This document shows, one piece after another, positions 11,147-21,500 of a DNA stretch of 64,000 bases. Numbering within the stretch: the stretch's first letter is position 1; each line of letters opens with the position of its first letter. The notes below the pieces were generated by a model that did no database searches, had not been told where the DNA came from, and saw only the letters and a list, made by a program, of their open reading frames with translations. This DNA comes from Saprolegnia diclina VS20 (lineage: Eukaryota), in assembly GCF_000281045.1 (NCBI RefSeq), contig NW_008246103.1, forward strand, positions 88,582-152,581, read 5' to 3'. Made by a program: the position numbers and the translations under genes.

Positions 11147-13860
11147 CTATCGCGTCCGCGTAGGACGGCGGCGGGGTCTGTGGACGGCGACCAAGCTGCG
11201 CGAGGAACCACGCTGTCTTGGGTCGAGGCGATGTTGGTCGTTTCGACGGCGACACAGACAGAGTTGCAGCACCAGCCGAACTGCGGGGGCGGCCGACGCA
11301 GCATCCCAGAGAACTTCGTGGACGCTACAGGTGACCCAATGGCTTGTGTGCACGGCTATAAGTTACGATAAGAAACCTGGGTGGCCATGGCGCTTTGCAG
11401 CGCACGCCGGAGGCTTTTGGACTGCAGCACCGCCGATGCAGAGGACGGCGTGGTCTAAGTAATAGAATAAGAAAATAAGGTTGCGCGACGGCGTCTCCGA
11501 CAGGCTTGGTCGCTTGCGGCTTGGTGATTTCCAAGTGCGCCTTGGAGGCCGCGTCGAGCTGTTGCCAGAGGGCCGTCAGCGGCGTCGTGGCTGCGGCGTG
11601 GCGCTGGGCGAGCCGGCGCTGATGCTGCAAGCGGAGTTCGTCGCGCACGGCTTCGCGGTGGAGCACGTCGTCGGCGACAATGTCGTCGGCTTCTTTCGCC
11701 AGCGTCCGGTCCCTACGAAAAACGACTCGACAAAATCCATGTCAGCGCAATGCACATTTGGTGCCGCTCGGCCACGTCGGCCGGTGTTGAGCTCGTCAAG
11801 ACAACGGTGAACGCGGCGCCCGCCGACACCTATCCGGATACTCGGCGGTGGGCGGTCGAATGCTCGAGACCGCCCATGTACCTGCACGACATGGCACCCG
11901 ACAAGAGAACGCACGAGGTGGGGCAGTGTGTACAGCTGTGGGTAGCTCCCGACGCCGCACTGCCCTTGCTCGCCGTTACCCCAGGCGTAGAGCAAGTGCT
12001 TGTCCGAGATGGCCAGCTACACTGCATGTGAGCGCGTCAAGCTGGTTCATCTGTACTAGTACCGAGTGGGTTTGCCCGAGCTTGATGTCGTACACGAGCA
12101 CATTGCGAAAGAAGATGACGGGCGACGGCCGGTGGCGGTCGCGGCAGTCTCCAAGACCCAGCTGTCCATAGTGGTTGGCGCCAAACGCCAAGACGTCCCG
12201 CGTGTCGGTGAGCAGCATCGTGTGCGCCCCGCCGCACGCAACGTACGTACACTTGCGCTGCTTGAGCTCCACCTACGCGCGTATCATTCGACCTCGTCCG
12301 AACAAAGCAAAATACGCGTTCAAAAGTGGAGCTGAGGGTGTCTTTGGCTTCGAGGCGCCCAAGCCGGCCGTTCTCGCCCCAACCGGCCGTGTAGAGATCG
12401 CCAGCACTCGAAACAACCGCCGTGTGCATCTCGCCGCATGCAATCTACATCGCATCATAGCATCAGGGCCAATATGACGGGCACCCACGTGAAAAATGTG
12501 GGTTTTGGACAGCGACTGGACTGGTCTCGGCGAGGCTTCGTCCTCGCGTCGGGGAGCGTCCACCGTCCCGTGACCCAAGGCCCCCGACTTGCCGTACCCA
12601 AACGTCAAGACCGTTCCTTCGTCCAAGAGCAAGGCGCAGTGCTTGAGACCGCAAGCAACCTACCAGTAAATGCCGAAAGAGTGGCCAATTTTCTGGGATG
12701 TGCAGCCGACCTGCGCAATTTTGCTTCGCGATGGTAGTCGAAGGACGCGCGGCGTGTCCAGAAACTCCCCGTTTCCAGCATCTTCAAGGGCAGCACCCAG
12801 TTGCCCATGCTCATTGCTGCCCCACGTGAGCACGTCGTCGTCGTCCGTAAGGACCATCGAGTGGTCGCCGCCGCACGCAGCATCCTTGATATGCATGTGC
12901 AGGCCCCCGTCCACGTCGCGTCCGTCCCACAGCCGTGGCTTTGTACTGCATTTGAGCCCGGTAATACCTACACCATGGGTAATGTTCACAAGAGTGATAA
13001 GCCATCGCTGGAAATACCGAGCTGGCCTTGGTTCGAGTTGCTAGCCAGACAGTCATGAGTGTCAAGGCATATAGCCTGCAGCTACCCAAAGACAAAGAGT
13101 CGATCGTTTGCATCCAGCACGAGCGTGTGCTGATGGCCCGAGGCGACCTTTGTCAGCAAGACGCTGCGGCGCGCACTTGGCTCGTCGGTCATTGATCGCA
13201 TGTCGAAATTTGCGACCGGGATTTCCGTAAACGCAAACGACGAGTCGAACGAGCCGTGGCCGAGCGCGCCGTACGTTGCTGCAAATCAAATATTATCACT
13301 TTGCCGAATCGAGTCCGAGCGACTACCGTCGCCTGTGGTAAAGATGTGCTTGCCGTCGTTGCGCACGATCCGAACCGACACTGTGTTTGGCTCGTACCGG
13401 ACGCGGGCGCCTGAAAAGCCGGCGTCGACGCTGTTGGTGCGGTGCTGAATCGATTCGGTGAGAATGCTCTAACACGATCGCTAAGACAAGCGGTCGAGTG
13501 CGTACTACGCACCGGGTCGCAGTTCTCCATGGCTGTCACGCGAAAAAACTGCGGCTTGTGCGCCGTCTCGGGCGTAAAGAGGATCACGGACGGGTACACT
13601 TTGATGCGGGGCGACGTGTTCCACGGCGTGAGCACGACCGGCTGCGTCGGCGGTCGCTGGAAGGTAAAGTGCACCGAGTAAAAGCACGACGACCCGCCCT
13701 CGACGACGACGAGCGACGTCGCTGAGAAGATGGCGACCGCGTTGGCCGCGACGTGGGTCAGCGTCGGTGCCGACGAAAGCCGGCGGTTCAGGTCGCTCAG
13801 CAACTCGAGCTCGACCTTGGACCCGCGTGTTGAGAGCGCGCGCTTGATGCTCGCGTCCAT
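11147..13860 (-). CDS. RCC1-repeat protein (multi-exon; 3' end approximate)
   Basis: Repeated ACGGDHSMVLT-x-TWGSNEHGQLG, TFGYGKSGALGHG, ACGGAHTMLLT-x-AFGANHYGQLGLG, AWGNGEQGQCG motifs; ATG at 13860. Confidence 0.8.
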
Positions 13861-13979
13861 CTAAAATAGTGGGCACTTTGAAACTGCACTTGCTACGAGC
13901 TACCAAGTGGAAATGCGAAAGATGAATTCTAAACAGGTTAATTAAACGAAGGTAGAGAGTATTAATGCAAAAAGGGTGT

Positions 13980-16900
13980 CTACTCTTCAAACCAACGGCC
14001 GCGGTTCTTGGCGTCATCGACGGTCCGGAAGAGCTGCGCCTTGTACGAGTCGACCATGTCTTCAAACGACTTGTCCGCCTTGATCGACTTGGCGTGCTTG
14101 CGCTCCTTGCGCGACGGGCCCGCGGGTGCGGCGACCGGCGTCTCGCGCTTGCGCTTGGGGGCCACCTTCTCCACCTTGGGCTTGGGCTTGTCCGACTTGT
14201 CGGTCTTGGCCTTCTTGGCCGCCGGTGCCGCCTCTTCTTCGGGTGTCGTCTTCTTGAGCGCCTTGGCTTCACGCTGGCGCTTGCCGCGGCTCTTGCGCTC
14301 CGCCTTCTCGACGACCTCGCCCTGCGCCTTGCGGAGCATGTTGTCTTCGGTGCGGCGCTTCTTGGCGTCGTTCATCTTTTTCTACAAGGCAAATACATGC
14401 TATGAGCACAAGATCCCGCAAACGTAGAGTTGAACCTCGCGGAGCTTGAGCTTGCCGTGGTTTTCGAGCGCAAACTCAATGATGAGACGCGTTTTTTCGG
14501 CGTCGGGCGTGGCCTTGCCGAGCTTGACACCGCGACCAGAGTACTCGGTGTACATCGGGTTGTTGTTGAGCTGGCGCAACGCCGCGAGCGCGTGCACGTG
14601 GTGCGAAAACTGCACGAAGCCATACCCGCGCGAGCGCGGCTCCTGGCCCGGCTTGATGTTGTCCATGTCGCGGACGATCTTGCACAACTCAATCTTGACC
14701 GGCGCGCCCGACTTGAGCACATACTCGGCCTTGACCTCCTTCGTGTTGACGAGGTTGGCACGCAGACCCGCGATCGCGCCTTCGCGGAAGATCGTCTTGA
14801 GGATCTTTTCGTCTACGCAGGCAAACTGATGAGTCCTCAGTCTGCAGCAGCCATCTCTAGTATGTGAAATGCGTACCGACGCCAAGCGCAAGGTTGCGCA
14901 CCGAGAGGCGGACGGGCGAGATGAAGAAGAGCGGGTTCTTGAGCTTTTCCTTCTTCTCCTTGATCGCGCGGCGGCGCTTCTCGATATCCATCTTGGGCAA
15001 CTCGAGGTCTTCGTCGGCGGTCTAATCACTCGACATGAGCATATATATACAACCAAGGACAGGAATCTACCTTGTTGACGCTGATCGTGCCTTCGTATGC
15101 GAGGTACATGTTGCGCTTGTCCTTGGCCTTGCGCGTCGCGCTGTTTTCGTCCGCGAGGCGCGTCGCGTCATCCTTGTTGACAGCGCGCGTGATCGAGAGC
15201 AACCGGTTGTCGACGTAGACGCCGTCACCGTCGAGGAGCGCATTGTCGTAAAAGAGACCGCCCGAGACGTTCGACTTGTTCTTCTTCTTGTCCTTGCCGT
15301 CGTCCTTGACCGTCCCGCGCGCAATCGCCGCGTCCGCCGCGTCTTGGCTGCGGAAGCGCACGAACGCCACGCCCTTGGAGAGGCCCGCACTGTGGTCCAT
15401 GACAACACGCGCGTACTCGACGGGCCCAAACTCACTTTCCATGCTCTCCTTGAGGAAGAGCTCGGTCGTTTGGAACGAGAGGTTGCGGATAAACACCGTG
15501 CGGAGCATTTGCGCCTCCGAATCGCCCTTGGGGCGCTTGCTCGCGGGCTCTTCGTCGTCTTCGTCGTCTTCTGCTTCTTCATCTTCGTCATCTTCGTCAG
15601 CGTTGTCGGCTTCGGCATCGTTCTCATCGTTCTCGTCGCCATGGCCTTCAATGTCCGACTCGACCATCTCGTCGTCATCAACCAAGACGTTTTCCTCGTT
15701 CTCAACGGCCTCTCCGTCGGCTTCGTCGACCTCGGGCTCGGCCGCCGCTTGCGTCTTCAGGTACTCGGACTTGGCAACGGCATAATCCACGACGATGTCG
15801 CGGCCCTTGAATTTGGTCCCGTTGATTTCCTACGCGAGATAAGGGGCCTGCAACGGTTGAAGTGGTACATACCTCGATGGCTTTTTGGGCGTCGACACGG
15901 TTCTTAAACTGGACGAAGCCAAACCCGCGGCTGCGGCCGAGCGGCGTCTTGCTGTCGGCCTCGACCGGGAGGCGCACGACGCGCGCTTCCGCAAGCGGAC
16001 CAAACTTCTTGAAGAGCTTGTCCAAGTCGGCGTCCTTGACGTCGAACTGCAGGTTGCGCACAATGAGACGGACGCCCTCCTTGTCCGAGAGCGACGTCGT
16101 GTCCAGACTACGTAGTGTGTCAGCGCCAAACTCAAACTCAAATCCATTTTGTGTACCCGCGCACGAGCATCGTAAAGCCCTTGAAGACGTGGTCGTTGAG
16201 CTTCTCGATGGCCTTCTCCTTCAAGACCGTCGTCGCCCACTCGACGTACGCGACGGGCTCGTCGACGCCCTGCGAGTTGGGCTCTTGCTTGAGCTCGATC
16301 GACTTGGCCTCGCCAATCTTCTTCATCCTGCAATGGTCCCATGAGCATGCGACAAATCACACATGCGACAAAAGACGTACTTGATCTTGAGGTGCTTCTC
16401 CGTGATGACGCTGCCGAGGCCGTAGATGACAATCGACTTTTCTTCGGCCGTCGCGAGCTGCTCCTTGCGCTCACTCGCCTTGCGCCAGAGCTCGCGGTGC
16501 TCGCGCCGACGGGCGTTCCGCTCGCTCTGCACATGCTCCGCCTCGGTTACCGCTTCCGGCTTCTTCGCTTCCGGCTTCTTCGCTTCCGGCTTCTTCGCTT
16601 CCGGCTTCTTCGCTTCCGGCTTCTTGACCTCCGGCTTCTTCGTTTCGACGACGGTCTCGACCTCGGCGGCCTTCTTGGCCTTCTTCTCCTTCTTTTCCTT
16701 CGGCGCAGGCGCGGACTCTTCGATGTGAGGGACTTCCTCCTCGACCTCGGCGGCTTCGTCGCGCTGCTTCTTCTGCTTCTTCTCCTTCTTCGCGGGCTTT
16801 TCTTCGACGTCGTCGGCCGCCTCCTCGCGCTTCGCCTTCTTCTCCTTCTTGGCCTTCTTCTCCTTCTTGGGCTTGGCGTCGTCGGCTTCGGCCTCGACCG

Positions 16901-17394
16901 GCGCATCCTCGACCGGCGCATCCTGGACTGGCGCGGCCTCGACGGGCGCGGCTTCGACCTTGGGCGCCTCGGCGACAACAATGGGCGTCGCAAACGCAGA
17001 GTTTTGGTTCTGCTTCTTGTGCGTCGGATGGATACCGGTCTTTTCCTTGGCGAGGTCTGCGTATGGTGTGATGAGAATGCTGCTGTGGTAGAGGAAGAGG
17101 CGTACCGATACAGAGCTTGCGGCCTTGGTACTCGGTGTTGTTGAGCGCGTCCATCGCGGCCTTGGCGTCCGACTCCATCGCACTAGTGCTCATGAGCCAC
17201 CATGGTCGTATTCCGCGTCATGCTACGTACAACTTGACGAAGGCGAAGCCGCGCGTGAGCATGTCGGTCTTGCGCTTGCCCTTGTCCTTGATGACGGAGA
17301 CCTTCTTCACGGGACCAATGTCCCCGAAGAGGTTCTCGAGCTCCTCCTGGGAGACCCCATACGCGAGGTTCCGGACGAAGATCGTGTTGGACAT
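13980..17394 (-). CDS. RBM28: Nucleolar multi-RRM protein RBM28/Nop4 (multi-exon)
   Basis: MSNTIFVRNL, several RRMs (RSRGFGFVQF, SKGVAFVRF, RSRGYGFVQF), acidic tract, DKRNMYLAYEG, KLKNPLFFISP, ALRQLNNNP, RLIIEFALEN. Confidence 0.9.
16551..16640. repeat. 15-bp coding tandem repeat (EAKKP-type, about 6 units)
   Basis: (cgcttccggcttctt)n inside RBM28. Confidence 0.9.
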
Positions 17395-17735
17395 CGCGCC
17401 GCTATTTCAGTAATTCAAATCCCAACCGATCCGTCCGGATAATGAAACGATTTGACTGGTCAGCATCTCCCTTGGTGCGCCATTGGCTCTGCATCCGACG
17501 CGCCCAATCAGCGCGCGCGGCGGCCGATCTTGGCCGCACTGACGATATCGATATCGGCCTACGAAGCGCTGCTGGCGAATACGACAACCTATGCCGACGA
17601 GTAGCATAGAGCTAGCGGCGCGTGTGTCCTCGTCGTTTGGGCGGGCATGGTGCCTTAGTGGTGAGTATCGCAGCCGTACTAAGGAGCAGCGTCGGTGTCT
17701 CGTTGCCCTCACTTGGTACCTCGCTTAATCGTGCA

Positions 17736-17933
17736 GTGCCGTCGCAAATAGATAGAAGCACCTAGAACGACAAAACACTCTTGGATTATCTCGTGTTTGT
17801 GTGTACTAGTATGCTACAGTAGCAGCTTTGGCCATTGAGATAACGATTCACGATGTCACCAGCAACAGGATACTGTAGTTGTGTGCCGTCGCGAATAGAT
17901 AGAAGCACTTAGAACGACAAAACACTCTTGGAT
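17736..17933. repeat. ~51-bp direct repeat pair (17736-17786, 17883-17933)
   Basis: gtgccgtcgc(a/g)aatagatagaagcac(c/t)tagaacgacaaaacactcttggat twice, 2 mismatches. Confidence 0.9.
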
Positions 17934-18135
17934 AAGTTACCATCCTTCCAAATATTCCTCTTCAAAAATTAGAGTGATTCCCTTGCGCCATGACGTCAAG
18001 TGTTAGTATTTTCATGTAGAAATACCGCCGTAGTATGTCGTCGATGCTCAACAAGCTGCTTAGCAATCGGTGCAGGTTTCGCGCTATTCCAAGTGTCGAG
18101 CGCCGATCTGGCTCCGGGGCCGGCCGCACAAGCAC

Positions 18136-18499
18136 TGTGAAGAACGCAACTCCACACGTTCGTTCGCCAACTCGAAGACCTCGACTCTTCGTTGGTTTTT
18201 GGCCGTTGGATCCCTTCACCGGTAGATCCGAGTGGTTTTCACCAGCCCTCGTGGCGGTTTCCACTCACGAGGATGGTTCTTTTTCCTTTCTTCACTGGAA
18301 GGTTTTTACCACTCGACCTCACTATACCAGTCTCCGTAATATCAATATATTCCGGAGCAGGTCGTGAGCAGCCTTCGTGGCCTCACTTCCACTTCCCGCC
18401 TCACGGACACACTCCTCATCGGGTGTGCGGTTCTGGTTCTTCCTCTTCTTCCTCTTTCTCTCTGCCGAGTGCTTCACTAGCCCAGCTGCTAGTTTGTTA
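18136..18499 (+). repeat. 5' LTR (TG...TA)
   Basis: Matches 24174-24537; 2 substitutions seen. Confidence 0.95.
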
Positions 18500-18511
18500 G
18501 GTTATGAGCCC
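18500..18511 (+). promoter_or_regulatory. Primer binding site for initiator tRNA-Met half molecule
   Basis: GGTTATGAGCCC directly after the LTR, complementary to the tRNAi-Met anticodon arm (GGGCUCAUAACC). Confidence 0.85.
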
Positions 18512-21500
18512 AACTACGCCATTCTCGACTACGAGCTCGAACAGTGGCAGCTCGAAAGCTGCTGCTTCCACGAGTTCCCATTCCGAGGGCGATCGTCGCC
18601 AGCGCTCCACGCGCCCGCCGCGACAGACCCGGCGCTTCTTGGTGGTACGAAGTGTCGCTACTGCTGTTTTGCTTTCCATAAGCAACATTCTCATCATACG
18701 GATGACTGCCGCTTTCTGGCGCGCGCATTCGATAACGACATGGTGCCTAGGAACTTTGAACTTCCTCGGGCGCTAGCAACCTTGCAGCGCACACGCTTGC
18801 AGAGCCTGAACCCTAAGGGTCCTGGCAGACAGAAGCGCAAGGAACGCTACAATAGCGATTTTGCTCGCTCGTGCGAGAAGCGCCGCCGCGAGGCGTGCAG
18901 CGATGATGACCCGGACTACCGGTACTCGCGCCAGGTCGAACACGACAGTCGCAGCTCTGGCGGCAATGCGCTGCAGAATCGCGCGCAGCGCGCAGGCTCT
19001 CGTACAACTAATGAAAGCGGTCGCCAAGCGATTTCTAGCTTTTTGGGTGATCTCCCGAGATCCCCTACTACGGCTCGCGCCGGAAGAGTTCACGCCTTGG
19101 TTACGCCTACTCCGAGTATGGCACCAACTGCCAGTCCACCTCCGGGTGCTGCAGAGGCGGGAGGCACCACGACCATGTCGGGTATGCCATCGGTCGAGGT
19201 CACTGAGCCACCGCAAGATGAAGACGTCGACATGTCCCCAGATGGACCCGTTCCTTCCGAGGACGTGGTACCGGACTTAGAGCGCGGCAATGCGGGCGAT
19301 CTGGCTACAACAGTCGATCTGGATGAGCTACTCTTCGGAGAACCATCCCGCCTTGACGGTCCCATGTACCTGGGTACCCTGCCAGCGACACCGACAATTC
19401 GGTACTGCGGCATGGCGAGCAACAATCCGGGCGAGTACGCTCTGATTACTCCAACGTCGCGCAAGATGGTGTTCTCCGAGAACCCAGTTCCACGCGAGTG
19501 GATCGTGGACAGCGGTGCGTCCGCGCACTGCACTCCTCGGATGGACTGGTTCACTGAGTATCTGGCGTACACGTCCTACCTCCGGGTGGGCGATAACCAC
19601 GGACTACTCGTCATGGGTATCGGCACGGTGACATTTACCGTCACGACGACCGACTCGAACGGCGAGACTTTTACCCAGCGTATCAGCTTGAGGAACGTGC
19701 TCCACGTCCCGAACCTCAAGTTCAACCTTTTTTCGGTCGGCGCATCGTTCAACGACCATATACAACCCGACTTCAGATCGGAGGATTACTGTCGCTTGCG
19801 CCTTCGTGGCAGCACGAACGACCAGTACATCTCGGCATGCCGTGACGCGAGCACACGGCTCTACAGTTTCAAGACTGATACTGCGCCGGGGATCATATCC
19901 GCCGTGCGAGGGAGCGATCCCACCGAAGATGGCAACCATCGTGCTTTGGTAACTCTCCGTGAGACCATCAAGAGCCGTCTTCGGGTGTCCTACGTGGCCC
20001 CAACGGACGAGCTGCACGGCATCATCCAGTACTCCGCAAGGACTGGCCCAGCGGACACTTCATTGTGCTTCCTTGCTGATGGGTACTACACGGACTGTCC
20101 AATGGACGGGAGTGACCTTCACATAGGCCACTCGGGAGACCGTGATCTCCTTCCCCGAAGTGTCGAAGACTACATAAGTCTTGCAAGCGTCACTGACATT
20201 GCTAACCCCGAAATGCACGTAGCTCTCAATGCTTTTCGCGTTTTGAAGCCATTGCACCGCAGACTCGGCCATATTGGCGACGCGGCAATGCGCACTTTGA
20301 TCCGGGACCATCCCGAACTTGCCAAATTTAGTGGCACGGGACGTATGCCGTCGCACAATTGCGACGTGTGCATCCAGGCAAAGTCCAAAAGACTGCCTTT
20401 CCCGAAGGAGTCCATGACTCCGCCGGCTACTACGCCGTTGGCCCGTGTCCATACTGACATGTGGGGTCCAGTGAAAATCCCGACACCGTCGGGTGCCACG
20501 TATTTTGTGGTCTTCATCGATGAAGCAACCCACTACTTGTGGACGTACCTCCTTGAGAGTCGCTCGGAGATCTACAAAGTCTACGAGACTTTCCGTGCAG
20601 ATGCACGCGCGGTGTTCCGCAAGGACCCGGAGTCGTTGACGTACACAGAGTACCACGACATTCAAATGCTCCAAGGCGACAATGCCCGTGAGTACGAGAA
20701 ACTTGGACGCGATATTTTCGCCAAGTACAACACGCGTATGGTCTACTCCAACGCCTACTCGCCACAGCAAAATGGCATGGCTGAGCGCATGATGGGGACT
20801 CTCCTCTGCCGAGTACGAGCTTTGCTGATCGATGCCGCGCTACCCAAATTTATGTGGGGCGCCGCACTTTCACATGCGACACATCTCTTGAATATCACGC
20901 CCACGGAGGCGAATGATGGTCGCACACCATTCTTCATGGTGCACAAGCACCATGCCTCGCTCGCCCACCTTCGGGTGTTTGGCTGCACTGCTTGGGTTCA
21001 CGTCCAGGCAGCTGCGAGAGCTGATAAATTGGAGCCGCGCGCACTCCGGTGCGTGTACATCGGTGTACCAAAGGACCACAAGGGATTCCAACTCATGAAC
21101 CCTTCGACACATCGTGTTGTCTTTAGTCGCGATGTCCGATTCCGCGAAGAGGAATTTCCTCCGATAGCGTCCATTGAAGACGCTGCGTTGGCCCGCCAAC
21201 GCAAACCGGCGCGCACTGGCCACCCGAATGGCCCGCCGGTTCAGTCTAGCGGTAATGAGCCCGCGACCACGTCGATCACATCGACGTTGGCAGGTGCGAG
21301 CGGCGCTCCAAACCCTTCATTGGGTCCCTCGAGCAGCCCACAGCCCGCAGCGACATCGTCGCCGGGTGCTAACATCGCCGATGACACACATCGATATGCT
21401 GACTGGCAACCAGTGGCGGGGCAATCCCGACCTGCGACCGCGAGACCAACATGGTCCAGTCCACCTGCAGTCTTCGGTAGACTTGCACCCGTTCATGCGG

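Noticed and set aside
17736..17933. Repeat-spacer-repeat as a CRISPR-like array (also the 17-bp repeat at 25070)
   Set aside because: Only two copies, or no spacers; no cas genes; eukaryotic context
18035..18500. ORFs inside the LTRs (mirrored at 24175-24621)
   Set aside because: No AUG within the LTR frame, no recognisable domain; duplicated only because they are LTR sequence
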